This document shows positions 53,380 to 60,125 of a stretch of 60,125 nt of DNA, piece by piece. The position numbers and the translations under genes are program-made. The notes beneath the pieces were generated by a model that ran no database searches, had not been told where the DNA came from, and saw nothing but the letters and a program-made list of their open reading frames with translations. The first letter of the stretch is position 1; each line of letters opens with the position of its first letter. This DNA comes from Candidatus Hydrothermarchaeota archaeon (GTDB lineage: Archaea > Hydrothermarchaeota > Hydrothermarchaeia > Hydrothermarchaeales > BMS3B): assembly GCA_015521565.1 (NCBI GenBank), contig WANX01000078.1, positions 1-60,125 of the forward strand, read 5' to 3'.

Positions 53380-54141
53380 TTAGACAAAGCTTATGTAGCA
53401 CTTCGCCCTGGCAGGCATACCGAATTTTGCTGCGATCTCTTCTGTGGTTGACACACTTGTTCTCTCGAGCTCCTTTGTGAGGGACTCTTCGAATTTGGCA
53501 TCTCTGGAGCCCATAATACCTCTGGAGTACCTCACAACGGCTATAACAATAAATTCTATTGTGCCGTTGTCGATGCTGGAGATAATCCTGAGTCCCCACC
53601 TCTTAACCCGCGGGTTTTGCCCGAGTCTCTCCCGGAGTCTCTCCCTGAACACCCTGGTAATCTCAAGCTTTTTGCCTGTGTTGAGCAGATAGTCTGCGAC
53701 AACGATTCCGAAGATGTCGTCATGAGGCTTCCCATACAGCTCAACGCCGGCATCCGCAGCGGCAGCGGGGGTGGCTGCGCCTACCCGGCGGCGTCTCCCG
53801 GCGCTTTCGCCCCCGATTATCCTGCGCAGGTACATGTTCAGCAGCGGTATGTTGGGCTTCCTTGTGAACTCCAGGTATACTATGTGGTCCCCCATTCTCC
53901 TTACATAACTTGCCCCCTCTGGTTTCTCTATCACCATTTCCTCCAGGTCGTCCAGGTCAAAGAGTATTGAAAGCTTGAAGGCAAGCTCCTCCTGGTCTGT
54001 GATGTCGCAGCCCACTATCTCTCCGTCTCTGTAGAGAACCGCGCAGCTCTTTATGTACCTGAAGCTGAGCTTCAGCTTTTCCAGCTGTTTCCTTGCGGAA
54101 TCCACACCCTCCGGCTGTCTTTCAGCCACCTTCAGCGACAT
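53380..54141 (-). CDS. Roadblock/LC7-like domain protein with extra C-terminal domain (operon gene 5; paralog of 54653..55102)
   Basis: YIKSCAVLYRDGEIVG..QEELAFKLSILFDLDDLEEMVIEKPEGASY..VYLEFTRKPNIPLLNMYL, then an RRRR/Ala-rich linker and a domain of about 120 aa that I do not recognise. Confidence 0.6.
   Translation of the reverse strand: MSLKVAERQPEGVDSARKQLEKLKLSFRYIKSCAVLYRDGEIVGCDITDQEELAFKLSILFDLDDLEEMVIEKPEGASYVRRMGDHIVYLEFTRKPNIPLLNMYLRRIIGGESAGRRRRVGAATPAAAADAGVELYGKPHDDIFGIVVADYLLNTGKKLEITRVFRERLRERLGQNPRVKRWGLRIISSIDNGTIEFIVIAVVRYSRGIMGSRDAKFEESLTKELERTSVSTTEEIAAKFGMPARAKCYISFV
53919..53994. repeat. 76-nt segment identical to 54925..55000 (plus 27 nt at 53827..53853 identical to 54833..54859)
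   Basis: Direct comparison of the two stretches shows a constant offset of 1006 nt. The flanking bases differ. Confidence 0.9.
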
Positions 54142-54637
54142 TCTTTACCAGCCCCTCAGAAGCTTTTTGAAGTTCTGCCGGGATATCGGCAGATTCCATG
54201 TCGAGAATTTCGTATGCATCTATTATAGCCCTGTTTTCAGTGATAAGCTTTCTGTAGTCCCCCTCTATATAGCACAAGTTCCCGTTCCTGTAGAGCATCG
54301 TTACCCTTCTTGCCTTTCTGGAGAAGGCCACAATTATAATATCCTCTCTTCCCTCCCGGAGCTTTTTTATATCCTCGAGAACAGAGCTGCTCATCACAGT
54401 CTCAAGCTTATTAACCAGGTACCCGGTTTCCCGCACCCTGATTTTTCTGCAGGATGTGTACACAGCAACAACCATCTGTGTCTTCTCTTTAAGTTTTCCT
54501 CCTTTTTCCAGCACAATCCTCCCGTTTCTGGCCACAATCAGCCTTCTTCCATCTGTGGCCTTTATCAATCTGCCTCTGGAGAGGCGCATCAGCTCTTCCC
54601 TGTCAACCTCTTTTCGCAGCACTTCCGCGGGCTTCAT
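54122..54637 (-). CDS. PATAN/DUF4388-like protein (operon gene 4; paralog of 55394..55960)
   Basis: MKPAEV..., RLIKATDGRRLIVARNGRIV, GYLVNKLET, and MLYRNGNLCYIEGDYRKLI. The family call is tentative. Confidence 0.55.
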   Translation of the reverse strand: MKPAEVLRKEVDREELMRLSRGRLIKATDGRRLIVARNGRIVLEKGGKLKEKTQMVVAVYTSCRKIRVRETGYLVNKLETVMSSSVLEDIKKLREGREDIIIVAFSRKARRVTMLYRNGNLCYIEGDYRKLITENRAIIDAYEILDMESADIPAELQKASEGLVKNVAEGG

Positions 54638-54652
54638 ACAGCAGCGCTCCCG

Positions 54653-55102
54653 CTACCTCAGGCTGAAAATCCTGGAAACATCTTCCCAGCCGGCGTCCTT
54701 CTCCCGGGATTCCTTCTCTTCCTCCTCAGCTTTGCTTTCCGCATCCCGGGCACTCTTCATGACCCCGGAAAGGACTGTTTCAACCCTCTCTTCTATATCT
54801 GACTTTCTGTCCCTCTCAGAAAAAATCTTCTTCAGGTACATGTTCAGCAGCGGTATGTTAGGTTTCTTTGTGAATTCAAGAAAAACAAGTCTGCTGTCGT
54901 AGAGCTTTATGTAGCTCGCCCCCCCTGGTTTCTCTATCACCATTTCCTCCAGGTCGTCCAGGTCAAAGAGTATTGAAAGCTTGAAGGCAAGCTCCTCCTG
55001 ATTATCCACATCTATGGTTACCACATCCCCCTCTCTGTCCAGCAGCATACAGCTTTTTATGTACTTAATCCCCTTTTTCAGCTTCTCCAGATCCTCTTTC
55101 AT
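54653..55102 (-). CDS. Roadblock/LC7-like domain protein with acidic tail (operon gene 3)
   Basis: YIKSCMLLDREGDVV..QEELAFKLSILFDLDDLEEMVIEKPGGASY..VFLEFTKKPNIPLLNMYL. ATGA overlap with the upstream gene. Confidence 0.6.
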   Translation of the reverse strand: MKEDLEKLKKGIKYIKSCMLLDREGDVVTIDVDNQEELAFKLSILFDLDDLEEMVIEKPGGASYIKLYDSRLVFLEFTKKPNIPLLNMYLKKIFSERDRKSDIEERVETVLSGVMKSARDAESKAEEEEKESREKDAGWEDVSRIFSLR

Positions 55103-55434
55103 ATGGAAACCCCCGAGATTATATCGGTGATATCCGAAAGAATCGACGCCTCGGGGGTGTTCTTGTCAAAAAAGACCACCAGTTCCGCCTCCTCATGCCT
55201 TACAACCACAGCCCTGCAGTCTGAGAACCTGAGCTTCGCTGTGGTGAAGTCCTCGCAGAGCTCACTGATGAGCGCAGCCGGAATAATTGCCATCTCCTTC
55301 AGGTCCTGCTTCTCTTCTGCCCCTATGATCTCCCCGTCTTTTATAACATAGCAGGAGATTACATTCTCCAGAGCTGCTATATCGCTCGCCAGCTTATGGG
55401 CTATAATATCCTCCAACTCTATCACCAAGCGCAT
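55099..55434 (-). CDS. small Roadblock/LC7-like protein (operon gene 2)
   Basis: 111 aa. VISCYVIKDGEIIGAEE...AVVVRHEEAELVVFFD follows the strand-helix-strand pattern of the fold. The start is uncertain because of a 41-nt overlap with gene 1. Confidence 0.5.
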   Translation of the reverse strand: MRLVIELEDIIAHKLASDIAALENVISCYVIKDGEIIGAEEKQDLKEMAIIPAALISELCEDFTTAKLRFSDCRAVVVRHEEAELVVFFDKNTPEASILSDITDIISGVSI

Positions 55435-55960
55435 GCTGTATAATCCTGTCTATCTCCTCATCCGTGGGCTCCCTAAGCTTGAACCTCTGCAGCACCTGCT
55501 CACGGGTGATGGTGCTCTCTTCTCTGAGCACCTCATACACATCGAATATCACACGCTTCTCCTGAAGAAGGCGGGTGTACTCCCCCTCACAGTGGAGCAG
55601 TGTGCCATTTCTGAAGACCATGAGCACTTTTTTAAGCCTCTTTGAAAAGGCCTCCACCAGCACATGCTCATGCGTCTGGGCTATTCTTTCCAGGTCTTCC
55701 TTAACACTGTGGCTAATCTTACTCTCCAGCTTGTTCACAAGATAGTCAACGTTGTTGAGCCGTATCTTCTTCCGGGCGGCGTAGAGGGCTATCACCATCT
55801 CCTTCTTATTTTCAGGAGGATCCCCCCGTGCAGCCACAATCCTCCTGTTCTGTATTATTATTGTGGACTTCCTGTCAGTGGCCTTTACAAGATACCTTTC
55901 AGAAAGTTCCAGCAGGTCTCCAATATCGACAACCGCCTTGTAAACCTTATGCGGCTTCAT
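55394..55960 (-). CDS. PATAN/DUF4388-like protein (operon gene 1)
   Basis: Start moved to MKPHKVYKAV (55960) by alignment with the paralog start MKPAEV. IGDLLELSERYLVKATDRKSTIIIQNRRIVAA, DYLVNKLES, and MVFRNGTLLHCEGEYTRLL. Confidence 0.55.
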   Translation of the reverse strand: MKPHKVYKAVVDIGDLLELSERYLVKATDRKSTIIIQNRRIVAARGDPPENKKEMVIALYAARKKIRLNNVDYLVNKLESKISHSVKEDLERIAQTHEHVLVEAFSKRLKKVLMVFRNGTLLHCEGEYTRLLQEKRVIFDVYEVLREESTITREQVLQRFKLREPTDEEIDRIIQHALGDRVGGYYSP

Positions 55961-56105
55961 AGCCCGCCTCACTCGCCGGCAGATTATAATTTTAAGATGT
56001 CTTCAATAATATATAAACTTAACGCCATTTTTTATTAAGAATGCCCACAAATGTTCATTATATTAAAACTAAAATTTTCTTAAATATTTAATTTTAATTA
56101 AAAAC

Positions 56106-56582
56106 CTATTTTACCACCACTGTCGCCCAGTTCTGGGCAACAGCCAGAATACTGCTCGGAGAGTTCTCCAGCACCTCCCTGACCACATTCCCGGTGAGCT
56201 CTGGCTGCTTTGAGTTCACCCCCAGAACCAGCAGGTCGGCGCCCTCCTCACGCGCCGCATTTACAATCTCCTCAGCGGGGGGTCCGACTCTTATAATCTC
56301 CTGTGCCTCCACGCCGCTGTCCTTCAGGCACAGGTTTGCTATTTCAATGACCCGCCATCCCCTCTCGTTGAGCAGGTCCTTTACATCTTTTCCCTGCTCT
56401 TTCAGCGACTCCAGGGTTTCCCTGAACTGTGCCTCGCCAAGAAGGTCGTGGTGGTGCATATCTCCGATATTGGCCACATACACGTACTTCAGCTCACCTC
56501 CCAGGGTCTTCACCAGCTTTATACCGGCGGTGAGCGCCTTTATAGAACTGTTACTCCCATCGAAGGCCACCAGCACCTTCAT
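56106..56582 (-). CDS. universal stress protein (UspA family)
   Basis: KVLVAFDGS, LLVLGVNS, and GNVVREVLENSPSSILAV pattern. Confidence 0.8.
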   Translation of the reverse strand: MKVLVAFDGSNSSIKALTAGIKLVKTLGGELKYVYVANIGDMHHHDLLGEAQFRETLESLKEQGKDVKDLLNERGWRVIEIANLCLKDSGVEAQEIIRVGPPAEEIVNAAREEGADLLVLGVNSKQPELTGNVVREVLENSPSSILAVAQNWATVVVK

Positions 56583-56707
56583 AGTGGTAATATTCTATTG
56601 GTATCTCATATTTATATATTTCGAAATTCACGGGTTCTACATTTAAACTGCAGGTGAAAAGTTTTATATAATTCTACAAAAAATGATAGTCTGAGGGGTC
56701 AGCCCTT

Positions 56708-57487
56708 ATGGCAGTTTCAATAACCATAGCCTCCGGGAAGGGTGGCGTCGGCAAAACGATGCTTACCACCAATCTGGGCATTGCCATGGCCCAGTTTGGC
56801 AGAAATGTGACAATACTCGATGCCGACATAGAGATGGCAAACCTGGAGCTACACCTGGGCATGGAGGGTATGGACATAACACTGCAGGACGTGCTTGCCG
56901 GAAAGGCTGAAATATCCCATGCCCTGTACCGCGGCCCTGCCGGAGTTACTGTTGTACCTGCCGGTATAAGTCTGGACGGCCTCAGAGAGGTTGACATGGA
57001 CAAGCTTGAGAGGGTGCTCAGGAAGCTCCTCAGCGAAACAGAAGTGCTGCTCATCGATGCACCCGCCGGTCTCGGCAGGCCCGCTGTCACAGCCCTCGCC
57101 TCCGGAGAGCACCTGCTTCTGGTCACAAACCCTGAGATATCCTCCCTGTGCGACGGTCTTAAGACGGCGATGGTCGCCCGCAGGCTCGGCACAAGTGTCC
57201 TCGGAGCGGTTGTAAACCGTGTTGGATTCGACAGGGATGTAATTGATGTGAGGGACATAGAATACATCCTCGAAACCAGGGTTATAGCCACAATACCCGA
57301 GGACCCAGAAGTCAGACGCGGCACCACCTACGGCGAGCCTGTGGTGGTTCGTACCCCCGATTCACCGGCCGCGCAGGCCATAAAGAAGCTTGCAGCAGAC
57401 CTGCTGGGTGAGAAATACACCCCACCCCGGACTTCGAAGATGGGCTTCTTCCGCCGCCTCATAGACGGAATCTTCGGCAGGGTTTAG
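56708..57487 (+). CDS. minD: archaeal MinD/ParA-family P-loop ATPase
   Basis: Deviant Walker [23 protein letters not shown], and LLIDAPAGL. Confidence 0.85.
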   Translation: MAVSITIASGKGGVGKTMLTTNLGIAMAQFGRNVTILDADIEMANLELHLGMEGMDITLQDVLAGKAEISHALYRGPAGVTVVPAGISLDGLREVDMDKLERVLRKLLSETEVLLIDAPAGLGRPAVTALASGEHLLLVTNPEISSLCDGLKTAMVARRLGTSVLGAVVNRVGFDRDVIDVRDIEYILETRVIATIPEDPEVRRGTTYGEPVVVRTPDSPAAQAIKKLAADLLGEKYTPPRTSKMGFFRRLIDGIFGRV

Positions 57488-59484
57488 GCCCTGCCCCTGC
57501 GAATCAGCTCCTCCAGTTTGGCACGCTCCTCCCTCGAACCGAACACTATGAGCACATCCCCGGCAAGCAGCTTTTCCTCCGGTCTCGGGTTGTGAAGTAC
57601 CGTCCCTCCGCGCACTATTGCCAGCACTGTCGCACCTGTGCGTTCCCTTATCCTGAGCTCTGCGATGCTCTTACCCGCTGCGAAGTCTCCCTCCTCCACA
57701 TTCATCTCGTCCACCACCTCCCCCTCCCTGAGTCCTATCAGGACCCTGCGTTTTGCCTCAGTTTCGTGGCGCAGCACTCCACGGCTGCTGAAGGCGCTCT
57801 CCACCATCCTCTCAACCCCGCGGTAGAACCCCTGCACTGTCTTCCAGGAGAAGTAAACTCCGGCACCGAGCAGCACCACCACCACCCCCGTAATAGCCGC
57901 GCCACTCCGGGTGAGGTAGCTAAGCACCGGTGGCAGAAAGTATAGCACAGAAAACAGGAAAACCAGCATCAGCGAAAGCTTTCTGAAGGTACTCCTGAGC
58001 AGCTCGGCGCTCAGCGGGAGATAGCGCCTTGCAAGCATTTTTATCAGAATATCCACCACGTCCAGCACCCTTTTCACCGCCAGGTAGAGGGGCGGGAGCA
58101 CAAGCACGAAGGTGGCAGCAAGCACCAGCGCCGGATTGAGCTCAAGAAAGCTGCCTGCGAAATGCATTCCCCTGGTTATCAGAAATACCAGCACAAGGTT
58201 AACCGCCATTCTGGTCAGTTTCCTTTTAATCAGCGCATACTCCTCCCCCCTTCCCGCCAGCCTTCGCCTCACCTGGGCTGTCCACATGGCGGCGTAGCTG
58301 AAGAAGTTCTTAACGGGTGATGGGGCCAGCCTGTCGATCAGCCTCGCCACATCGCTGGATGAGCCCAGAGTATATGGTGCCAGGAATGTGGTAATTGCCG
58401 CCACAGCCACCACGATGGGATACAGGAATCCGCTCACGGCCCCCTGGTCAACCCCCTGCTTCACTATGGCAAAGGAGAACTCACCGATGGGCACAAGGCC
58501 CATCCCCACAGCCATTGCCGTCTCCCCCTTCAACCCAAGCAGATAGCACGGCACACTTCTGCTGAGCACCTTGGCGGCCACCAGCACAGCTGTAACCGCG
58601 GCAACAGCCGGGAAATACTCCACCAGGTATCGCACATCGATGAGCATCCCCACACTTACAAAGAACAGCATTGTAAACAGGTCCCGTATGGGCGAGACGG
58701 TCCTAACCACCCTCTCGGCAAGGGCGCTCTCTGAAACAATTGCCCCCATCACAAACGCACCCAACGCGAGGGAGAGGCCCAGCATCTGGGCGAACACGGC
58801 AAAGGAGAAGCACAGCGCAAGCGCAGACATCAGAAGCACCTCTCCTGAGCTGTCCCACCTGGAAATGCGCTCCAGCATTCCAGGCACCAGCTTTACCCCG
58901 AGCACATAGGCCATGAAAAAGAAGAGTACAATTTTTGTCAGCACGTCCAGTGCCACTTTCAGTGAGAGAGGCGTGAGAAGGGAGATGCCAGAGAACAGCG
59001 TGAGCAGCACCACTGCTGCAACATCCTCCACCACAAGAATTCCCAGCATCACCGGGGCGTACTCCCTGTGCAGAAGCGCCTTCTCTGTGAGAATTTTCAC
59101 CACTATCGCTGTGCTGCTTATTGCGAGCGCCGCACCAAGGAAGGCGGCATCTATAGCGCTTAAACCGAGGGCTATGCCCAGGGTCTGTCCAACGCCCAGC
59201 AGAAAGAGGATGCCCGAAAGGGAGGCTATCAGTGAAACCGCACCCACTCTGCGCAGCTTTCTGATGTTGAACTCCAGCCCCAGGGAAAACATGAGCAGCA
59301 CTATTCCGAGGTCTGCGAAGGCGTTTACCACATCTATGTTCTCCACCAGCTTCAGCGCGTAGGGTCCAGAGGCGATGCCCGCCAGTATATAACCCAGTAC
59401 CACAGGCTGTCGCAGCCTCGAGAATACCACACCGGCAGCAAAGGAGAGGAGCAGCACCACGGCCAGGTCGCGCAGGATTAGCAT
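57484..59484 (-). CDS. CPA2-family cation:proton antiporter with C-terminal TrkA-C domain
   Basis: About 12 TM segments with Kef/KhtU-like sequences ([20 protein letters not shown]). The C-terminus [24 protein letters not shown]...GDVLIVFG is an RCK_C domain. Confidence 0.85.
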   Translation of the reverse strand: MLILRDLAVVLLLSFAAGVVFSRLRQPVVLGYILAGIASGPYALKLVENIDVVNAFADLGIVLLMFSLGLEFNIRKLRRVGAVSLIASLSGILFLLGVGQTLGIALGLSAIDAAFLGAALAISSTAIVVKILTEKALLHREYAPVMLGILVVEDVAAVVLLTLFSGISLLTPLSLKVALDVLTKIVLFFFMAYVLGVKLVPGMLERISRWDSSGEVLLMSALALCFSFAVFAQMLGLSLALGAFVMGAIVSESALAERVVRTVSPIRDLFTMLFFVSVGMLIDVRYLVEYFPAVAAVTAVLVAAKVLSRSVPCYLLGLKGETAMAVGMGLVPIGEFSFAIVKQGVDQGAVSGFLYPIVVAVAAITTFLAPYTLGSSSDVARLIDRLAPSPVKNFFSYAAMWTAQVRRRLAGRGEEYALIKRKLTRMAVNLVLVFLITRGMHFAGSFLELNPALVLAATFVLVLPPLYLAVKRVLDVVDILIKMLARRYLPLSAELLRSTFRKLSLMLVFLFSVLYFLPPVLSYLTRSGAAITGVVVVLLGAGVYFSWKTVQGFYRGVERMVESAFSSRGVLRHETEAKRRVLIGLREGEVVDEMNVEEGDFAAGKSIAELRIRERTGATVLAIVRGGTVLHNPRPEEKLLAGDVLIVFGSREERAKLEELIRRGRA

Positions 59485-59485
59485 C

Positions 59486-59953
59486 CTAACCCACTAACTC
59501 CTTGAGCTTTTGAATCTGCTCAAGCTTTCCGGCAGCTATCAGCACATCCCCCTCTTTTATCTCAGTATCGGCACTCGGATTTGGTATGGTTTTATCGCCA
59601 CGCACTACTGCTATTACACTCGCTCCCGTACGCCGTCTTATGTCCAGTTCACCGATTGTCTTCCCGGCAGCACGTCCGGCGCGCACCCACTCTATCTTCA
59701 TCCTCCCGGCAAGTACACTGCTCAGCGCCTCCGCCGGTGCAGGTCTGAAGTACGCCCCTGCCAGGATAAGCCCCGCTTTTCTGGCCTGCTCGTCGGTAAG
59801 CGTTATCACCACCGGCTCCCTGCCCGCCTCCTCGTAACACACCTCCCTCCGCCCATCCTCATGAACCACTATATCCAGCGTCCTGCTTTCATCCAGCCTG
59901 ATGGTGTACTTTTTCCCCACCCCCGGAAGCTCGGCTTCGAATATCTCCTCCAT
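59486..59953 (-). CDS. cation:proton antiporter regulatory subunit (KhtT-like, TrkA-C domain)
   Basis: ATG 59953 follows AAGGGGTG. LPGVGKKYTI... N-domain and GKTIGELDIRRRTGASVIAVVRGD...GDVLIAAG. Its stop lies 1 nt before the antiporter start. Confidence 0.75.
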   Translation of the reverse strand: MEEIFEAELPGVGKKYTIRLDESRTLDIVVHEDGRREVCYEEAGREPVVITLTDEQARKAGLILAGAYFRPAPAEALSSVLAGRMKIEWVRAGRAAGKTIGELDIRRRTGASVIAVVRGDKTIPNPSADTEIKEGDVLIAAGKLEQIQKLKELVG

Positions 59954-60054
59954 ATCCACACCCCTTAGATTCTCATCCTTATAATGGTTTTTCCTCCGGG
60001 ATAAGGCTTTCGCAGTACAAGTTTTCTTTCGGCATCCGGAAGATAGAGTATAGA

Positions 60055-60125
60055 ATGTCCCGGAAGTACGTGCCATGGAGGAGGGTAAAAAGCTGGCGCT
60101 GTACCGCCTGCGGGGAGTGCTGCGG
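60055..60125 (+). CDS. 5' fragment of a possible YkgJ-type CxxCxxCC cysteine-cluster protein
   Basis: My translation is MSRKYVPWRRVKSWRCTACGECC... It runs off the window end. Confidence 0.3.
   Translation, partial: MSRKYVPWRRVKSWRCTACGECC

Noticed and set aside
54053-54802. 249-aa + strand ORF across the Roadblock/PATAN operon, and also 54456..54902
   Set aside because: They are antisense to tightly packed minus-strand genes that have paralog support. Their composition is Ser/Phe/Leu/Pro-rich.
56674-57327. 217-aa minus-strand ORF
   Set aside because: It is antisense to minD, which has an unambiguous deviant Walker A.

Overview
Archaeal chromosomal segment, probably a thermophilic, F420-using euryarchaeon; I cannot name the genus. 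It looks GC-rich by eye with a few AT-rich islets, and it is densely coding on both strands. Archaeal markers are gar1-tfb, tfe, archaellum genes, class V FBP aldolase/phosphatase, cofG-cofH and tfx. Housekeeping content: ileS, a YchF-type GTPase, panE, tRNA-Val(GAC), a TtuA/ThiS-like tRNA thiolation pair, a PAC2 chaperone, a MidA-type methyltransferase, and one tightly packed + strand operon gap(type I)-pyrD-pyrK-fbp-tpiA. Accessory content: (1) a motility supercluster at 29.2-41.8 kb. It holds a MEDS-PadR regulator plus receiver, an atypically ordered archaellum operon (membrane protein, FlaC/D/E fusion, three FlaF/G-like genes, then a single archaellin with no canonical start codon; no FlaH/I/J), a reduced che operon (HisKA kinase-cheY-cheA-cheC-cheD), and a second receiver/PAS-kinase pair. 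(2) A small triheme c7-like lipoprotein cytochrome next to tfx and a MOT1-type molybdate transporter. (3) Two loci pairing a membrane-anchored winged-helix protein with a secreted helical protein. (4) Two diverged paralogs of a secreted protein; one runs off the window edge and is missing from the ORF track. (5) The best candidate for an undescribed system: a five-gene minus-strand operon at 53.4-56.0 kb built from two duplicated families (PATAN/DUF4388-like and Roadblock/LC7-like by motif pattern). It contains a 76-nt perfectly identical gene-conversion tract, has no GTPase partner, and sits next to usp and an archaeal MinD ATPase. I found several small ORFs below the track cutoff: a 54-aa and a 49-aa zinc ribbon and a 52-aa AbrB protein. 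I saw no rRNA, CRISPR array, transposase, integrase or recognisable defence genes. All family assignments rest on motif recognition by eye, not on searches.
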